Shown: piece after piece, positions 39,187 through 48,315 of the stretch
Layout of the letters: every line of letters begins with the position of its first letter
How positions within the stretch are numbered: the first letter of the stretch is position 1
Source of the DNA: an uncultured Verrucomicrobiae bacterium
GTDB lineage: Bacteria > Verrucomicrobiota > Verrucomicrobiia > Chthoniobacterales > JAFAMB01
Reading direction: 5' to 3'
Assembly: GCA_963837955.1 (NCBI GenBank)
Contig: CAWIPH010000002.1
Coordinates: 832,001 to 896,000 of the forward strand
Length of the DNA: 64,000 nt
Notes under the pieces: generated by a model
Seen by the model: the letters and a program-made list of their open reading frames with translations, nothing else
The model's database searches: none
Told to the model about the DNA's origin: nothing
Translations under genes and position numbers: made by a program

Positions 39187-39737
39187 CCCGCTTTTTGCAG
39201 GTTTAGCCAGTTATGGTGATAAACCGCTACGTTCACATATTTCTCTGCCAGAGCGCTGATCGAAGCTTTCTCAGCGGCAGTTAGCGAGCGCAACACTTTG
39301 GCTGGCGAACCGATCACCAGGGATCCGGCCGGTATTTTAGATCCTTTCGTAACGAGGGCCTGTGCTCCGATGATGCAGTCTTCGCCAATTTCTGCACCAT
39401 CGAGAATAATCGCGCCCATTCCAATCAGTACGCGATTACTTACGGAACAGGCGTGAACGATCGCCCGATGACCGCAGGTTACCTCATCACCGATAGTCAA
39501 AGGAAATTCGTCCGCGACGTGCAGGACGGAACCGTCCTGAATATTGGTTCGATTCCCGATCTGAATAAAATGGATATCGGCTCGGACGACCGTGTGATAC
39601 CAGATGCTCGAGTATTCACCAATGGTCACTGCTCCTATGACAGAGGAGTTGGGAGCGACAAAAGCGGTTTGGGCCACGGAGGGCTGTCGCCGTAAGTGCT
39701 CATTCAGCCGCCTCAGAACATTATGCGATCCCATCAT
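39171..39737 (-). CDS. Gamma carbonic anhydrase family protein
   Basis: Hexapeptide repeats; RADI..I.IG..TNIQD...H, GH...H metal ligands, GSPAK. Confidence 0.92.
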   Translation of the reverse strand: MMGSHNVLRRLNEHLRRQPSVAQTAFVAPNSSVIGAVTIGEYSSIWYHTVVRADIHFIQIGNRTNIQDGSVLHVADEFPLTIGDEVTCGHRAIVHACSVSNRVLIGMGAIILDGAEIGEDCIIGAQALVTKGSKIPAGSLVIGSPAKVLRSLTAAEKASISALAEKYVNVAVYHHNWLNLQKAGHSAE

Positions 39738-39926
39738 AATTTACTATCTAGCGTAATCGGTTTTTGCCAGAAACGAAATTGGGCCAAATCTTCGGAAACC
39801 CGCGCTTCTAGATTGACAAACCTCGCCAAATCTGGGGATAAGGGACGGATCGAAGGCGTCTGTTCGCGAATCGGCTCAGGTAAAGCTTCCTAAGGCCACC
39901 GCTTCCGAACCTCGCCATCTGCATCC

Positions 39927-40202
39927 ATGAATAAAGTAGAGTTAGTTGAATCCGTAAAGAAGCAGCTCGGAGCCGAGATCAGTAAGGCAGAGGCCGAGAA
40001 AGCGGTAACAGCTGTGATTCACGCCATCAAGACCGGTGTCAAAAAAGACAAAATAGTTCAGCTGGTGGGATTCGGAACTTTTAAGGTGGTCGAAAGAAAA
40101 GCACGTAAGGGGGTTAATCCAAAAACCCTGCAACAGATAAAAATTCCGAAATCGAAAACCGTGAAATTTGTTCCGGGTAAAGATTTTAAGGCCAAGATCT
40201 AA
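39927..40202 (+). CDS. hup: DNA-binding protein HU
   Basis: MNK.ELV, VQLVGFGTF, RKARKGVNPKT, F.PGK. Confidence 0.96.
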   Translation: MNKVELVESVKKQLGAEISKAEAEKAVTAVIHAIKTGVKKDKIVQLVGFGTFKVVERKARKGVNPKTLQQIKIPKSKTVKFVPGKDFKAKI

Positions 40203-40244
40203 TCTTGGGGAGTTAGAAGAGCGATCCGTTTTCCCCCCGTAACC

Positions 40245-40284
40245 GAGAAAACCCGTTGGGTACCGATACCGAACGGGTTTTCTC
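40245..40284 (+). terminator. Hairpin/terminator after HU
   Basis: gagaaaacccgtt...aacgggttttctc inverted repeat. Confidence 0.65.
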
Positions 40285-40342
40285 ATTATTAAAGGGAATA
40301 AGCAGAGACAGAATCTATCTTGTATTTGAAAGCGACTGTAGT

Positions 40343-40915
40343 GTGAAAAGTATTGGCTCCCTCTGCCTCTGGCTGATCTGCCATAACATCGCTTTTTCGG
40401 CCGACCAGTATGCACTGGATGCCGCTCGCTCAGAACTGAGTTTTCAGGTCCGAAATTTCGCTTCGTCGGTTACGGGTAAATTTACCGACTTCTCCGGAAC
40501 TGTGAGCTTCAACCGAGCCCAACCTGAGCAATCGAGCGTAGAAGCGACTATTCGAGTCCAAAGTATCGACACTGGCATCAAAGACCGCGATCACCATCTG
40601 CTTTCCGCGGACTTCTTCGATGTCCAAAAGTTTCCCACCATCACTTTCAAAAGCACCTCGGTTCAACGAACCGGTGATCGTACCGCTGAAGTGCACGGCA
40701 ATCTAACTATGCACGGGACCACTCGGCCCGTTCTGCTCCACGTAGAGTTGTTGGCTGACGACACCAATAGCGCCGCCGGTAGCCTGCGGTGGAAGGTTAC
40801 ATCCAGTCTGAAAAGGAAGAGCTTTGGGCTAAGTTGGAATCCGTTTATCGAAGCTTCGCAAGCAGTCGGCGACGATATCAATATCCGAATGAGAATCGTC
40901 TCGCCCGCGCACTAG
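40343..40915 (+). CDS. YceI family polyisoprenoid-binding periplasmic protein
   Basis: SIDTGIKDRDHHL.SADFFDV.KFP.ITF.ST, G.LTMHG.T; GTG start with signal peptide. Confidence 0.92.
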   Translation: MKSIGSLCLWLICHNIAFSADQYALDAARSELSFQVRNFASSVTGKFTDFSGTVSFNRAQPEQSSVEATIRVQSIDTGIKDRDHHLLSADFFDVQKFPTITFKSTSVQRTGDRTAEVHGNLTMHGTTRPVLLHVELLADDTNSAAGSLRWKVTSSLKRKSFGLSWNPFIEASQAVGDDINIRMRIVSPAH

Positions 40916-41109
40916 AGGGTAGGGTTACAAGTTACAGGTTGGCGGTTCACGGATTGAGGAAGCGCCGGTTGATGCGTGTTGCGAACATCCCTTGCGCTGG
41001 CCCTACTAGAGTTGCATTCAGCCTAAATTCCCAGATTCTCCCGTCTAAATTCTGGACGTTCCCAGCTCATGGCTTTACAAGCGCCCGGGTGGCTGCATCG
41101 TCAGGTACA

Positions 41110-42600
41110 ATGTCCAACCTCATTCTGACTTCGAACGAAGTGCAAGAGCTGGAAAGGCGCGCCTTCGCTGAAGGCGTCGGGCAGGAAGATTTGATGGACT
41201 TGGCCGGGCTCGGCATCGCGCGGAAGATCATGGAGCTAGAGCCGGTGGCAGGGGCTTCCGTGGTTTATCTCGGCAAGGGAAATAACGCCGGCGACGCTAT
41301 CGTCGCAGCTTCCGCGTTGCAGCGATCCGGGTGGTCCGTAACAGCTCGAATGGTAGCCTCAGAAGGGGATCTCGAGGCATTGCCAAAGAAGAAGTGGCAG
41401 GCTCTGGAGAGCCTTTTCCGCAAGGCATCATCAGAACCAACTACGCCACCCGGTAACCGGCCCGTGATCTTGTTGGACGGCCTGTTAGGAATAGGTGCCC
41501 GACCCGGTTTGAGTGATCTTTACCGCCGCTTCACGAGCGAGATGAACCGTCTGCGCGAAGATTGGAACGCGCGGACTTATGCTGTCGATATTCCCACCGG
41601 CTTGACCGATTCCACTGTGGATCCGGACAGCGTGATCGCCGACGCTACCTTAACCGTAGGATTCCCCAAAAGTTGCCTTTTCCTCGACGCAGCGGTCAAC
41701 TCAGTGGGTGCGATTTGGGTTATCGATCTGGAGGCATTAACGGTGCGTGCGCCGGCCGACGCCAGTCGCAGCCGATTGGCGGGACCGACTGATTTGTACC
41801 GGCTGGCGCGACGTCGTCCGTTCGATTCTCATAAAGGTAATTTTGGACGTGTGGGAATCATTGCGGGATCGCGTGGGTTTATTGGAGCGGGAGCATTGGC
41901 TTCGAGGGCGGCGCTGAGGGCTGGCGCCGGCTTGGTCACACTCTATGCAACGGAGGACGTCTATTCGATCATTGCGATCAAGGCTGAACCCGAAGTCATG
42001 GTGAAGCCGGTAACAGACCTTCGTGAAGCATTGTCTGATCATCTTGACGCCATTGCGATCGGACCGGGACTGGGTCGAGCCCGTGCTGATGAGGTAACCC
42101 AGATCGTGCGAGAATTTGCCAAATCCATGGTGGTGGATGCCGACGCGCTGAACATTATTAGCGAACGGCGCGAAACCCTGTCACACTTGGCCGGGCCTCG
42201 ACTACTTACACCGCATCCCGGAGAAATGAGTCGTCTTTTTTCGGTGGATGGGCTATCGCGCGCGGAGGTCGTGGACCGGTTCACCAAGGAGTATCCGGTA
42301 ACTTTATTGCTAAAGGGGGCGCGAACGCTGGTCGGCCAGAGCGGGCACCCTTTGTCCTATAACTCAACCGGAACTCCTGGTATGGCGACAGGCGGCTCCG
42401 GTGATGTTCTTACCGGCGTTTGCGGAGCTCTATTGGGGCGCGATATCGCCCCCTACGATGCGGCTCGCCTCGGCGCCTGGCTCTGTGGAAGAGCAGCGGA
42501 GCTCACTCTGTGCGACGAATCGGAGGAATCAATGCTCCCGACTGATACCCTGCGCTTCTTAGGGAAAGCCTTTGAAGAAATACGAGAAACCGGAAGGTAG
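41110..42600 (+). CDS. nnr: Bifunctional NAD(P)H-hydrate epimerase/dehydratase
   Basis: GKGNNAGD, DGLLGIG, AVDIPTG, HKGNFG, DADAL, TPHPGE, GGSGDVL. Confidence 0.94.
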   Translation: MSNLILTSNEVQELERRAFAEGVGQEDLMDLAGLGIARKIMELEPVAGASVVYLGKGNNAGDAIVAASALQRSGWSVTARMVASEGDLEALPKKKWQALESLFRKASSEPTTPPGNRPVILLDGLLGIGARPGLSDLYRRFTSEMNRLREDWNARTYAVDIPTGLTDSTVDPDSVIADATLTVGFPKSCLFLDAAVNSVGAIWVIDLEALTVRAPADASRSRLAGPTDLYRLARRRPFDSHKGNFGRVGIIAGSRGFIGAGALASRAALRAGAGLVTLYATEDVYSIIAIKAEPEVMVKPVTDLREALSDHLDAIAIGPGLGRARADEVTQIVREFAKSMVVDADALNIISERRETLSHLAGPRLLTPHPGEMSRLFSVDGLSRAEVVDRFTKEYPVTLLLKGARTLVGQSGHPLSYNSTGTPGMATGGSGDVLTGVCGALLGRDIAPYDAARLGAWLCGRAAELTLCDESEESMLPTDTLRFLGKAFEEIRETGR

Positions 42601-42689
42601 AATCCGGCGACGGCCTGCAGCATTGATGTCACTGAACTGCGGACCGGATTGGCGTCGCTTAGTTATCTTCTAAATTCTAAACTCCGGTT

Positions 42690-43283
42690 TTACTCCAGGT
42701 ATTTCGCGAGTCGCTCGCGGAGCTCGGCTCGCGCCCGGAACAGGATACTTTTGACTGCCGGAACAGTTGTTCCCATCACTTTTGCAATCTCTTCATAAGG
42801 CAGCTCCTCGTACCTTCGGAGCACGATCGCGAGGCGTTGCGCTTCGGGTAACTTGCTAATTGCATCTTGGATCGCTGTTTGTAGCTCCTCCTCGAGGAGC
42901 ACCTGATCGGGTCCTCGTTCCTTCCGGTCAACCGGTTCCGATATATCTTCCGTATGATCTACGAAATGCCGCCTTCGTCGCATCTCGTTAAAAACCAAAT
43001 TGCGAGTAATGCGAAATAGCCAGGTCGTGAATTTTGCTGTGGGCTTGTATCGCGGCGCCGATCGCCAGACGCGAATAAAGACCTGTTGGGCAAGATCCTC
43101 GGCTTCCATCTCCGAACCCAGCATTTTAGTGATTGTGCCAACCACCCGAGCCTGATGCGCCTCGACCAATAACCTGAATGACTCCATATCGCCTTCGCGG
43201 ATTCGTCGCATCCATTCGATTTCGGGTTGGTCAGATTCCGATGAAGACATGCGGGGAACGGCAGGCTTTAAGGCGATGCTCAT
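42690..43283 (-). CDS. ECF RNA polymerase sigma factor
   Basis: EAEDLAQQVF, FTTWLFRI..N, LPEAQR, YEEIA, VKSILFRAR. Confidence 0.93.
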   Translation of the reverse strand: MSIALKPAVPRMSSSESDQPEIEWMRRIREGDMESFRLLVEAHQARVVGTITKMLGSEMEAEDLAQQVFIRVWRSAPRYKPTAKFTTWLFRITRNLVFNEMRRRRHFVDHTEDISEPVDRKERGPDQVLLEEELQTAIQDAISKLPEAQRLAIVLRRYEELPYEEIAKVMGTTVPAVKSILFRARAELRERLAKYLE

Positions 43284-43366
43284 CGTATTCAGATGAACCG
43301 GGTGAGCAAATAAGAGTTGCAGGGAGCGGCCGAATGAGAGGGAGTTTGCTTGCCGGGCGATTGGAT

Positions 43367-44515
43367 ATGTGTAAAAATTTGTTTGTGAAAAATTTCACAA
43401 GGTCTCGGCTGATCTCTCCGGCGCTGCAGGACATTTACGAGAAAGCCCTCATCGGAGAACGTATCAACGAGCAGGAAGCGGCTACTCTTTTCCGGTCTAA
43501 CGATCTTAATTCCCTCGGCCAAATCGCCAACATCGTCCGTGAACGAAAAAACGGCAACCGAGCAACCTATATCCTGAATCGGTACATCAATTACTCCAAT
43601 ATTTGTGTCCTCTCTTGCCAGTTTTGCGCATTCGGTGCGCGCAGACGCGACCCGCACGCGTTCGAAATGGCGATCCCGGAAATCGAGAGTGCGGCGCGAG
43701 GTGCTCTGGAGCAAGGGATAACCGAGATCCATATGGTAGGAGGTCTCCATCCTACTTTGCCGGCGGAGTGGTACATCAAGCTTCTTGAGACGCTGCGTGC
43801 GCTGGATGAGCAACTCCACCTTAAGGCGTTTACCGCAATCGAAATACGACATTTAGCTGAACGGATCTTCAAGTTGCCGATTCCCGACACCCTCGAAACG
43901 TTGCGGAAAGCTGGCCTCAATTCATTGACTGGTGGTGGAGCCGAAATATTCGATCCGGAGGTCCGAGAGAAGGTCTGTCGAGGAAAAGAGACCGCCGAGG
44001 AATGGAAGGAAGTGCATCGGATCTGGCATGGAATGGGTGAACGTAGCACCAGCACGATGCTATTCGGCCACATCGAATCGATGGAACAGCGGGTTGATCA
44101 CCTCCGTCAGCTTCGGGAATTGCAGGACGAGACCCATGGTTTCACCGGCTTTGTACCCTTTGCTTTTGTTCCGCAAACAACTGAACTAGCCTACATTCGT
44201 CCCGCCTCGGCGCTCGACCAGCTTCGAACGTTGGCTGTCAGTCGAATCTATCTAGACAATTTCGATCATATCACCGGCTACTGGATCGCCATGTCACTCC
44301 CCTTGGCCCAGATCTCCCTGAGCTACGGCGTGGACGATCTCCACGGCACTTTGATGGAGGAGAAGATTTTTCACATGGCCGGTGCCACAACGCCCCAGCA
44401 ACAAACGGTTGCCTCCCTGGAACGGACCATTCGAGAAGCAAATCGAGAGCCGGTTCAACGGGACAGCTATTATTTTCCGATTTTGCCGAAAGAGACCCTC
44501 GCGATTCCCGCATAG
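43367..44515 (+). CDS. mqnE: Aminofutalosine synthase (radical SAM)
   Basis: NYSNICVLSCQFC (CxxxCxxC), EIHMVGGLHP, HLKAFTAIEI, GGGAEIF, LRELQDET.GF, EEKI.HMAGA. Confidence 0.88.
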   Translation: MCKNLFVKNFTRSRLISPALQDIYEKALIGERINEQEAATLFRSNDLNSLGQIANIVRERKNGNRATYILNRYINYSNICVLSCQFCAFGARRRDPHAFEMAIPEIESAARGALEQGITEIHMVGGLHPTLPAEWYIKLLETLRALDEQLHLKAFTAIEIRHLAERIFKLPIPDTLETLRKAGLNSLTGGGAEIFDPEVREKVCRGKETAEEWKEVHRIWHGMGERSTSTMLFGHIESMEQRVDHLRQLRELQDETHGFTGFVPFAFVPQTTELAYIRPASALDQLRTLAVSRIYLDNFDHITGYWIAMSLPLAQISLSYGVDDLHGTLMEEKIFHMAGATTPQQQTVASLERTIREANREPVQRDSYYFPILPKETLAIPA

Positions 44516-44684
44516 GGGCGGTGGTCGTAGAGCCTCCGATACATCGCGCTCAACCTCGATGCACCCGAACGAGGTCTAATCCGCACGATTCGGCGCCGGA
44601 GGATTCACCATAGTTTGATTGTAGCGGCAAGCCGCCGCGGATTCCCAGGCAACAATCGAGCCAGGAACTGGGAGTTTGAAGTCG

Positions 44685-44752
44685 CTAGGCAAAAAATGCC
44701 TAGGCAATTTCTGTTTTCCTGGACTACACCCGGAAAATAGGCAAAATTTGCC
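44685..44752. promoter_or_regulatory. Two palindromic GGCA-N5-TGCC sites (candidate enhancer-binding-protein sites)
   Basis: CTAGGCA-AAAAA-TGCCTAG (44685-44703) and GGCA-AAATT-TGCC (44740-44752), centres 52 bp apart. Confidence 0.6.
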
Positions 44753-44854
44753 GGATGTCTGCATTCTGCAATCACGCAGATTTTCTCTACGGTTGCGTTG
44801 TAACCAATTTATCGACAAGAGATTACACTCCGTCGTTTCTCTGGTTTGCTGGCG

Positions 44855-44870
44855 TGGCATGGCCTGTGCT
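44855..44870 (+). promoter_or_regulatory. Sigma54 (-24/-12) promoter of fliA operon
   Basis: TGGCATGGCCTGTGCT = GG-N10-GC, 31 nt before ATG 44902. Confidence 0.7.
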
Positions 44871-44901
44871 TGGTGGGTGGCGTGTACAGAATCGACCTCC
44901 A

Positions 44902-45684
44902 ATGAGCGCCGCGCCAGTACCCTCCTCTGAAATTTTAGAATTCCCGTCGAAGGAGGATCCCGGCTTGCATCCTTCGTCGAGAGCAAATTTTGAAGCACTC
45001 CTCGAAAGTCATCTACCCCTCGTGCGGTCGATCGTCGACCGGATGAAGCGCCAGCTTCCGGCTAAAATTGATATCGAAGACCTCTATAGCGTTGGCGTTA
45101 TTGGCCTAGTCGCCGCCGCCCACAATTTTCGAGAGACTAAGAACAAGAGTTTTATCCCGTATGCCTCGATGAGAATTCGGGGAGCCGTTCTGGATGAGCT
45201 GCGGCGGATGGATTGGATGTCGCGGTCGGGGCGCTCAAAGGCGAAACAACTTGGCGCTTTGATATCTCGAATCGAACAGGAGCAGGGCGGTGCGGTCGCG
45301 CCGGCGCAGCTTTGCGAGGAACTGGATATCAGCGAAGAGGAGCTGGACGCTTTGCTGGAACAGGTGCGCCCAATAAAAATCATCTCCCTGGATGTCCCGG
45401 AGGACTGGGAAGAAAGCGAACATTCACTACACGATATTATACCAGACGACAGCGGATGTTCTGCTCTTGAGAGCCTCGAAAGGAAAGAATTGACCGAGCT
45501 GATTGCCGAACGCATCAAACAGCTCCCGGATGTGCCCAAGAGAGTCTTAGCTATGTACTACTACGAAGGCATGAAGCTAGCCGATATTGCTGCTGCTTTT
45601 GGTCTGACTGAGTCGCGAATTTGCCAGATTCACACCCAAGCCGTGCAGCAGTTACGCACATACGTCCTTAGTTTGCTCGTCTAA
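44902..45684 (+). CDS. fliA: FliA/WhiG-family sigma factor (sigma28)
   Basis: HLPLV, DL.SVG..GL, YA..RIRGAVLDELR.MDW.SRS.R, MYYYE, LTESRICQIH. Confidence 0.92.
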   Translation: MSAAPVPSSEILEFPSKEDPGLHPSSRANFEALLESHLPLVRSIVDRMKRQLPAKIDIEDLYSVGVIGLVAAAHNFRETKNKSFIPYASMRIRGAVLDELRRMDWMSRSGRSKAKQLGALISRIEQEQGGAVAPAQLCEELDISEEELDALLEQVRPIKIISLDVPEDWEESEHSLHDIIPDDSGCSALESLERKELTELIAERIKQLPDVPKRVLAMYYYEGMKLADIAAAFGLTESRICQIHTQAVQQLRTYVLSLLV

Positions 45685-45711
45685 GCAACTCATTTTTTGA
45701 TCGTTAATCAC

Positions 45712-46116
45712 ATGGAAACGCAATTAGAATGGGATCAACTCGTCGACTCATTGAGAGATGAGCTCCAGGAAAAAGGAGGGTTGATTCGCTTGCTAAATCT
45801 ACAAACGGAACTTCTGTACCAGCGTGATCCGCGGGGAAACGAGCGTGTCGAGGAACAAATCCGCGGACAACTTCGGTTGGCCTCGCGCTGTACTCAACGC
45901 CGTGAGTTGATTTTGCGGGAGACCGCTGTGCGGTTGAACTTGCGGGAAGACGCCGAGACGGTTGAAATCGTCGGGCGATTTCCGGAGTACGTGCAGCCAT
46001 TACTGGAGGCTCTTTTTACGGAAGTAGAGCGGTTGAGCGGACGCATGCAGGAGCGTCTGAGACAAAACCAAGAGCTGAAGGTCCGTTTTCTATCGGAGGC
46101 GACTTCAATCGTATGA
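45712..46116 (+). CDS. flgN: FlgN-like export chaperone
   Basis: All-helical 134 aa; LRDEL....L..L...Q, RRE, QPLLEAL..EV..L......N..L pattern; between fliA and csrA. Confidence 0.6.
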   Translation: METQLEWDQLVDSLRDELQEKGGLIRLLNLQTELLYQRDPRGNERVEEQIRGQLRLASRCTQRRELILRETAVRLNLREDAETVEIVGRFPEYVQPLLEALFTEVERLSGRMQERLRQNQELKVRFLSEATSIV

Positions 46117-46133
46117 ACTATTTGGCAGATGCC

Positions 46134-46208
46134 GCCACAGGATGGCACTGCCGAGACAATGTCTGGGCCCCCCCCGGATAAATAAACAGTAAGGAATAAC
46201 AAAGGATG
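46134..46208 (+). promoter_or_regulatory. CsrA-type GGA sites in csrA leader
   Basis: GCCA-CAGGA-TGGC hairpin (46134-46146) plus cGGAt, aaGGAa and aaGGAtg overlapping RBS/start. Confidence 0.55.
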
Positions 46209-46448
46209 TTAATTCTATCGAGAAAGGTAAATGAGGGTATCGTCATCGGTGATACGATCCATATCAAGGTCACCCGGATTGACGGTGACGCAGTAAAGAT
46301 AGGAATCGAGGCACCGAAAGAGATCCCGATTTTTCGGACTGAGATCTATCAACCGAATCATCAATTGACCCGGACGAAGACCGAGCCTACCGAGGGCGTG
46401 AGACCTCCGGAACGGAATCGCGTCGCGCAAAAAATTTCTGCGGTCTGA
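46206..46448 (+). CDS. csrA: Carbon storage regulator CsrA
   Basis: MLILSRK..E.I.IGD.I.I.V......VKIGI.AP..I.I.R.EI. Confidence 0.95.
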   Translation: MLILSRKVNEGIVIGDTIHIKVTRIDGDAVKIGIEAPKEIPIFRTEIYQPNHQLTRTKTEPTEGVRPPERNRVAQKISAV

Positions 46449-46508
46449 TCCTGTAGAAATTACTCTTGCCATTTGACGGCGCGCGGCTTCATTCGGATCT
46501 GCTCGCGC

Positions 46509-46593
46509 GCCGATGTGGCGGAATGGCAGACGCAACGGACTTAAAATCCGTTGGACCGAAAGGTCCGTGCGGGTTCGAGTCCCGCCATCGGCA
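46509..46593 (+). tRNA. tRNA-Leu (anticodon TAA)
   Basis: Acceptor GCCGATG/CATCGGC, D-arm GGAATGGCAGAC, ACGGA-CT-TAA-AA-TCCGT, long variable arm, GTTCGAGTC; CCA not encoded. Confidence 0.97.
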
Positions 46594-46610
46594 GATTGAG
46601 TTTCGAAAAG

Positions 46611-46644
46611 AACGGCTCCCAGACTTGGTTTGGGAGCCGTTTTT
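46611..46644 (+). terminator. Intrinsic terminator after tRNA-Leu
   Basis: aacggctccca...tgggagccgtt followed by T run. Confidence 0.85.
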
Positions 46645-46734
46645 CATTACTCTTCCACCGACGCCCGGTAAGAGTCATCCCTCGGCCGCGGGCTGGGAGA
46701 TTGAAGCAACGTCGCCGCGTATTCATGTCGCCGG

Positions 46735-47508
46735 CTAGAGCCACGGCTCCGCCCACGCGAGCCCATCTTCAGTTTTTCCGGCCGGTTTGTATTCGCAACC
46801 GATCCAGCCCTCGTAGCCGAGTTTGTCGACCAATCTGAATAGGTGCGAAAAATTGATCTCACCGCGATCGGGTTCGCCGCGATCAGGTACCCCAGCCACC
46901 TGAATATGGCTAATGTCCGCGAAAAAGCGCTCTGTCCGCCGAGTTAAATCACCACCCATGATCTGCGTGTGATACCAATCCAACTGGATCCTGAGTCTGG
47001 GATGTTTCAGGTCGGCCAAGATAGCGGCAGCCTGCTCAACCGTAGACAAATAGTAACCAGGAAAATCGCGATTGTTGATCGGTTCAAGGACGAAGAGAAG
47101 ATCCAGATCGGCAGTTTGACCGAGCGCAAATTCGAGGTTGGAAAGGAATGTTGCATGAGCCCTTTCTAGTTCTATCCCCTGCGTGATTCCCGCCATGACA
47201 TGCAGGCGGCGTACCTCCAAAACACTTGCGTATTTGACCGCCAGCTGAACCGAACTACAGAACTCCTTTTCCCGGCCGGGAATCGCCGCGATTCCTCGCT
47301 CGCCCTTTTCAAAATCTCCTGGCGGTAAATTAAAGAGTACGGCTGTTAGTCCAGTCTCGCGCAATCTGCTCGAGATTTCGGCAGGGCTGAATGGATACGG
47401 AAAAAGAAACTCTACCGCTTTGAAACCGGATCTTGCGGCGGCGTCGAAACGATCGAGAAACGGCGACTCTTGATAAAGCCAGGACAAATTGGCGGCAAAT
47501 TTCGGCAT
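46735..47508 (-). CDS. otnI: 2-oxo-tetronate isomerase (Hyi family)
   Basis: MPKFAANLS, VEFLFPY, EPIN.RD.PGY, D.YH.Q, HIQVAGVP.R.EP, GCEY.P. Confidence 0.88.
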   Translation of the reverse strand: MPKFAANLSWLYQESPFLDRFDAAARSGFKAVEFLFPYPFSPAEISSRLRETGLTAVLFNLPPGDFEKGERGIAAIPGREKEFCSSVQLAVKYASVLEVRRLHVMAGITQGIELERAHATFLSNLEFALGQTADLDLLFVLEPINNRDFPGYYLSTVEQAAAILADLKHPRLRIQLDWYHTQIMGGDLTRRTERFFADISHIQVAGVPDRGEPDRGEINFSHLFRLVDKLGYEGWIGCEYKPAGKTEDGLAWAEPWL

Positions 47509-47513
47509 AGAAT

Positions 47514-47636
47514 GGAACGCCGGGAACGCCGTCAACGCCCCGATCGCCGGGAACTGTACGAAAGTGCTTTCTCCACATTATTCGATATGCAGTTCCTGTC
47601 TCTATAAACTGGCGCCTTCGGCGTTCCCGGCGTTCT
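47514..47636. repeat. Second copy of the AACGCCGGG 9-mer inverted-array element
   Basis: ggaacgccgggaacgccgtcaacgcc... and ...cggcgttcccggcgttct in opposite orientation, between otnC and otnI. Confidence 0.8.
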
Positions 47637-47673
47637 CATCAGTTTCTGTTGTGCATTCGTGGTTTCTGAATTT

Positions 47674-48315
47674 TCACCATACGGCGCCAAAGGTCTCCCT
47701 CAGCTCCTGGATCTGGCTTTCCGTCAGGGTTCGAATCTTGTGTCCATGAAGAGATAACATCAGCTTCGCGGTCTCCTCTAACTCCTCGACGGCATACATT
47801 GCGGAATCGAGCTCTTTTCCGGAAACAACCGGGCCGTGATTCGCCAGCAGGACAGCCGCGTGCTGAGAGGCGTGCTTGGCAATTTCCAATGCGAGCGCTT
47901 TGTCACCGGGCCGAAAATAAGGAATCAAAGGTAGTTTCCCGACCCGCATCACAAAGTAAGGCGTTATCGGCGGAATGCAGCTGGCTGGATCAAGCTCTTC
48001 CAAGCAAGAGACCGCCGCAGCGTGGCTGCTATGCAGATGAACAATCGCGCCACTCTCGGCCCGGCTTTCGTACATGGCGAGGTGAAGAAAGTATTCCTTA
48101 CTCGGCTTTTCGCCCGAAAGGTGTTTCCCATTCCAATCCAGTTTTGCCAGCGCAGACGGATCCAACTCACCGAGACAAGAATTCGTCGGGGTCAGAATCC
48201 AGCCGTCTTCCACCCGGGCACTGATATTGCCACTGCTTCCGGGGCTGAGTCCGCGGCGATGCAGACTGAGACCGATTTCAACGATGCGTTCTCGAATCTT
48301 GTTTTCTTGGTTCAT
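47674..48315 (-). CDS. otnC: 3-oxo-tetronate 4-phosphate decarboxylase (class II aldolase)
   Basis: GSSGNIS, TPTN.CLG.LDP, PSKE..LH, VHLHS, ITPYFVMRVG, LANHG; ATGA overlap with otnK. Confidence 0.88.
   Translation of the reverse strand: MNQENKIRERIVEIGLSLHRRGLSPGSSGNISARVEDGWILTPTNSCLGELDPSALAKLDWNGKHLSGEKPSKEYFLHLAMYESRAESGAIVHLHSSHAAAVSCLEELDPASCIPPITPYFVMRVGKLPLIPYFRPGDKALALEIAKHASQHAAVLLANHGPVVSGKELDSAMYAVEELEETAKLMLSLHGHKIRTLTESQIQELRETFGAVW

Noticed and set aside
46509..46593. tRNA-Leu as an integration site
   Set aside because: No integrase and no duplicated tRNA 3' end found in the window; a normal terminator follows
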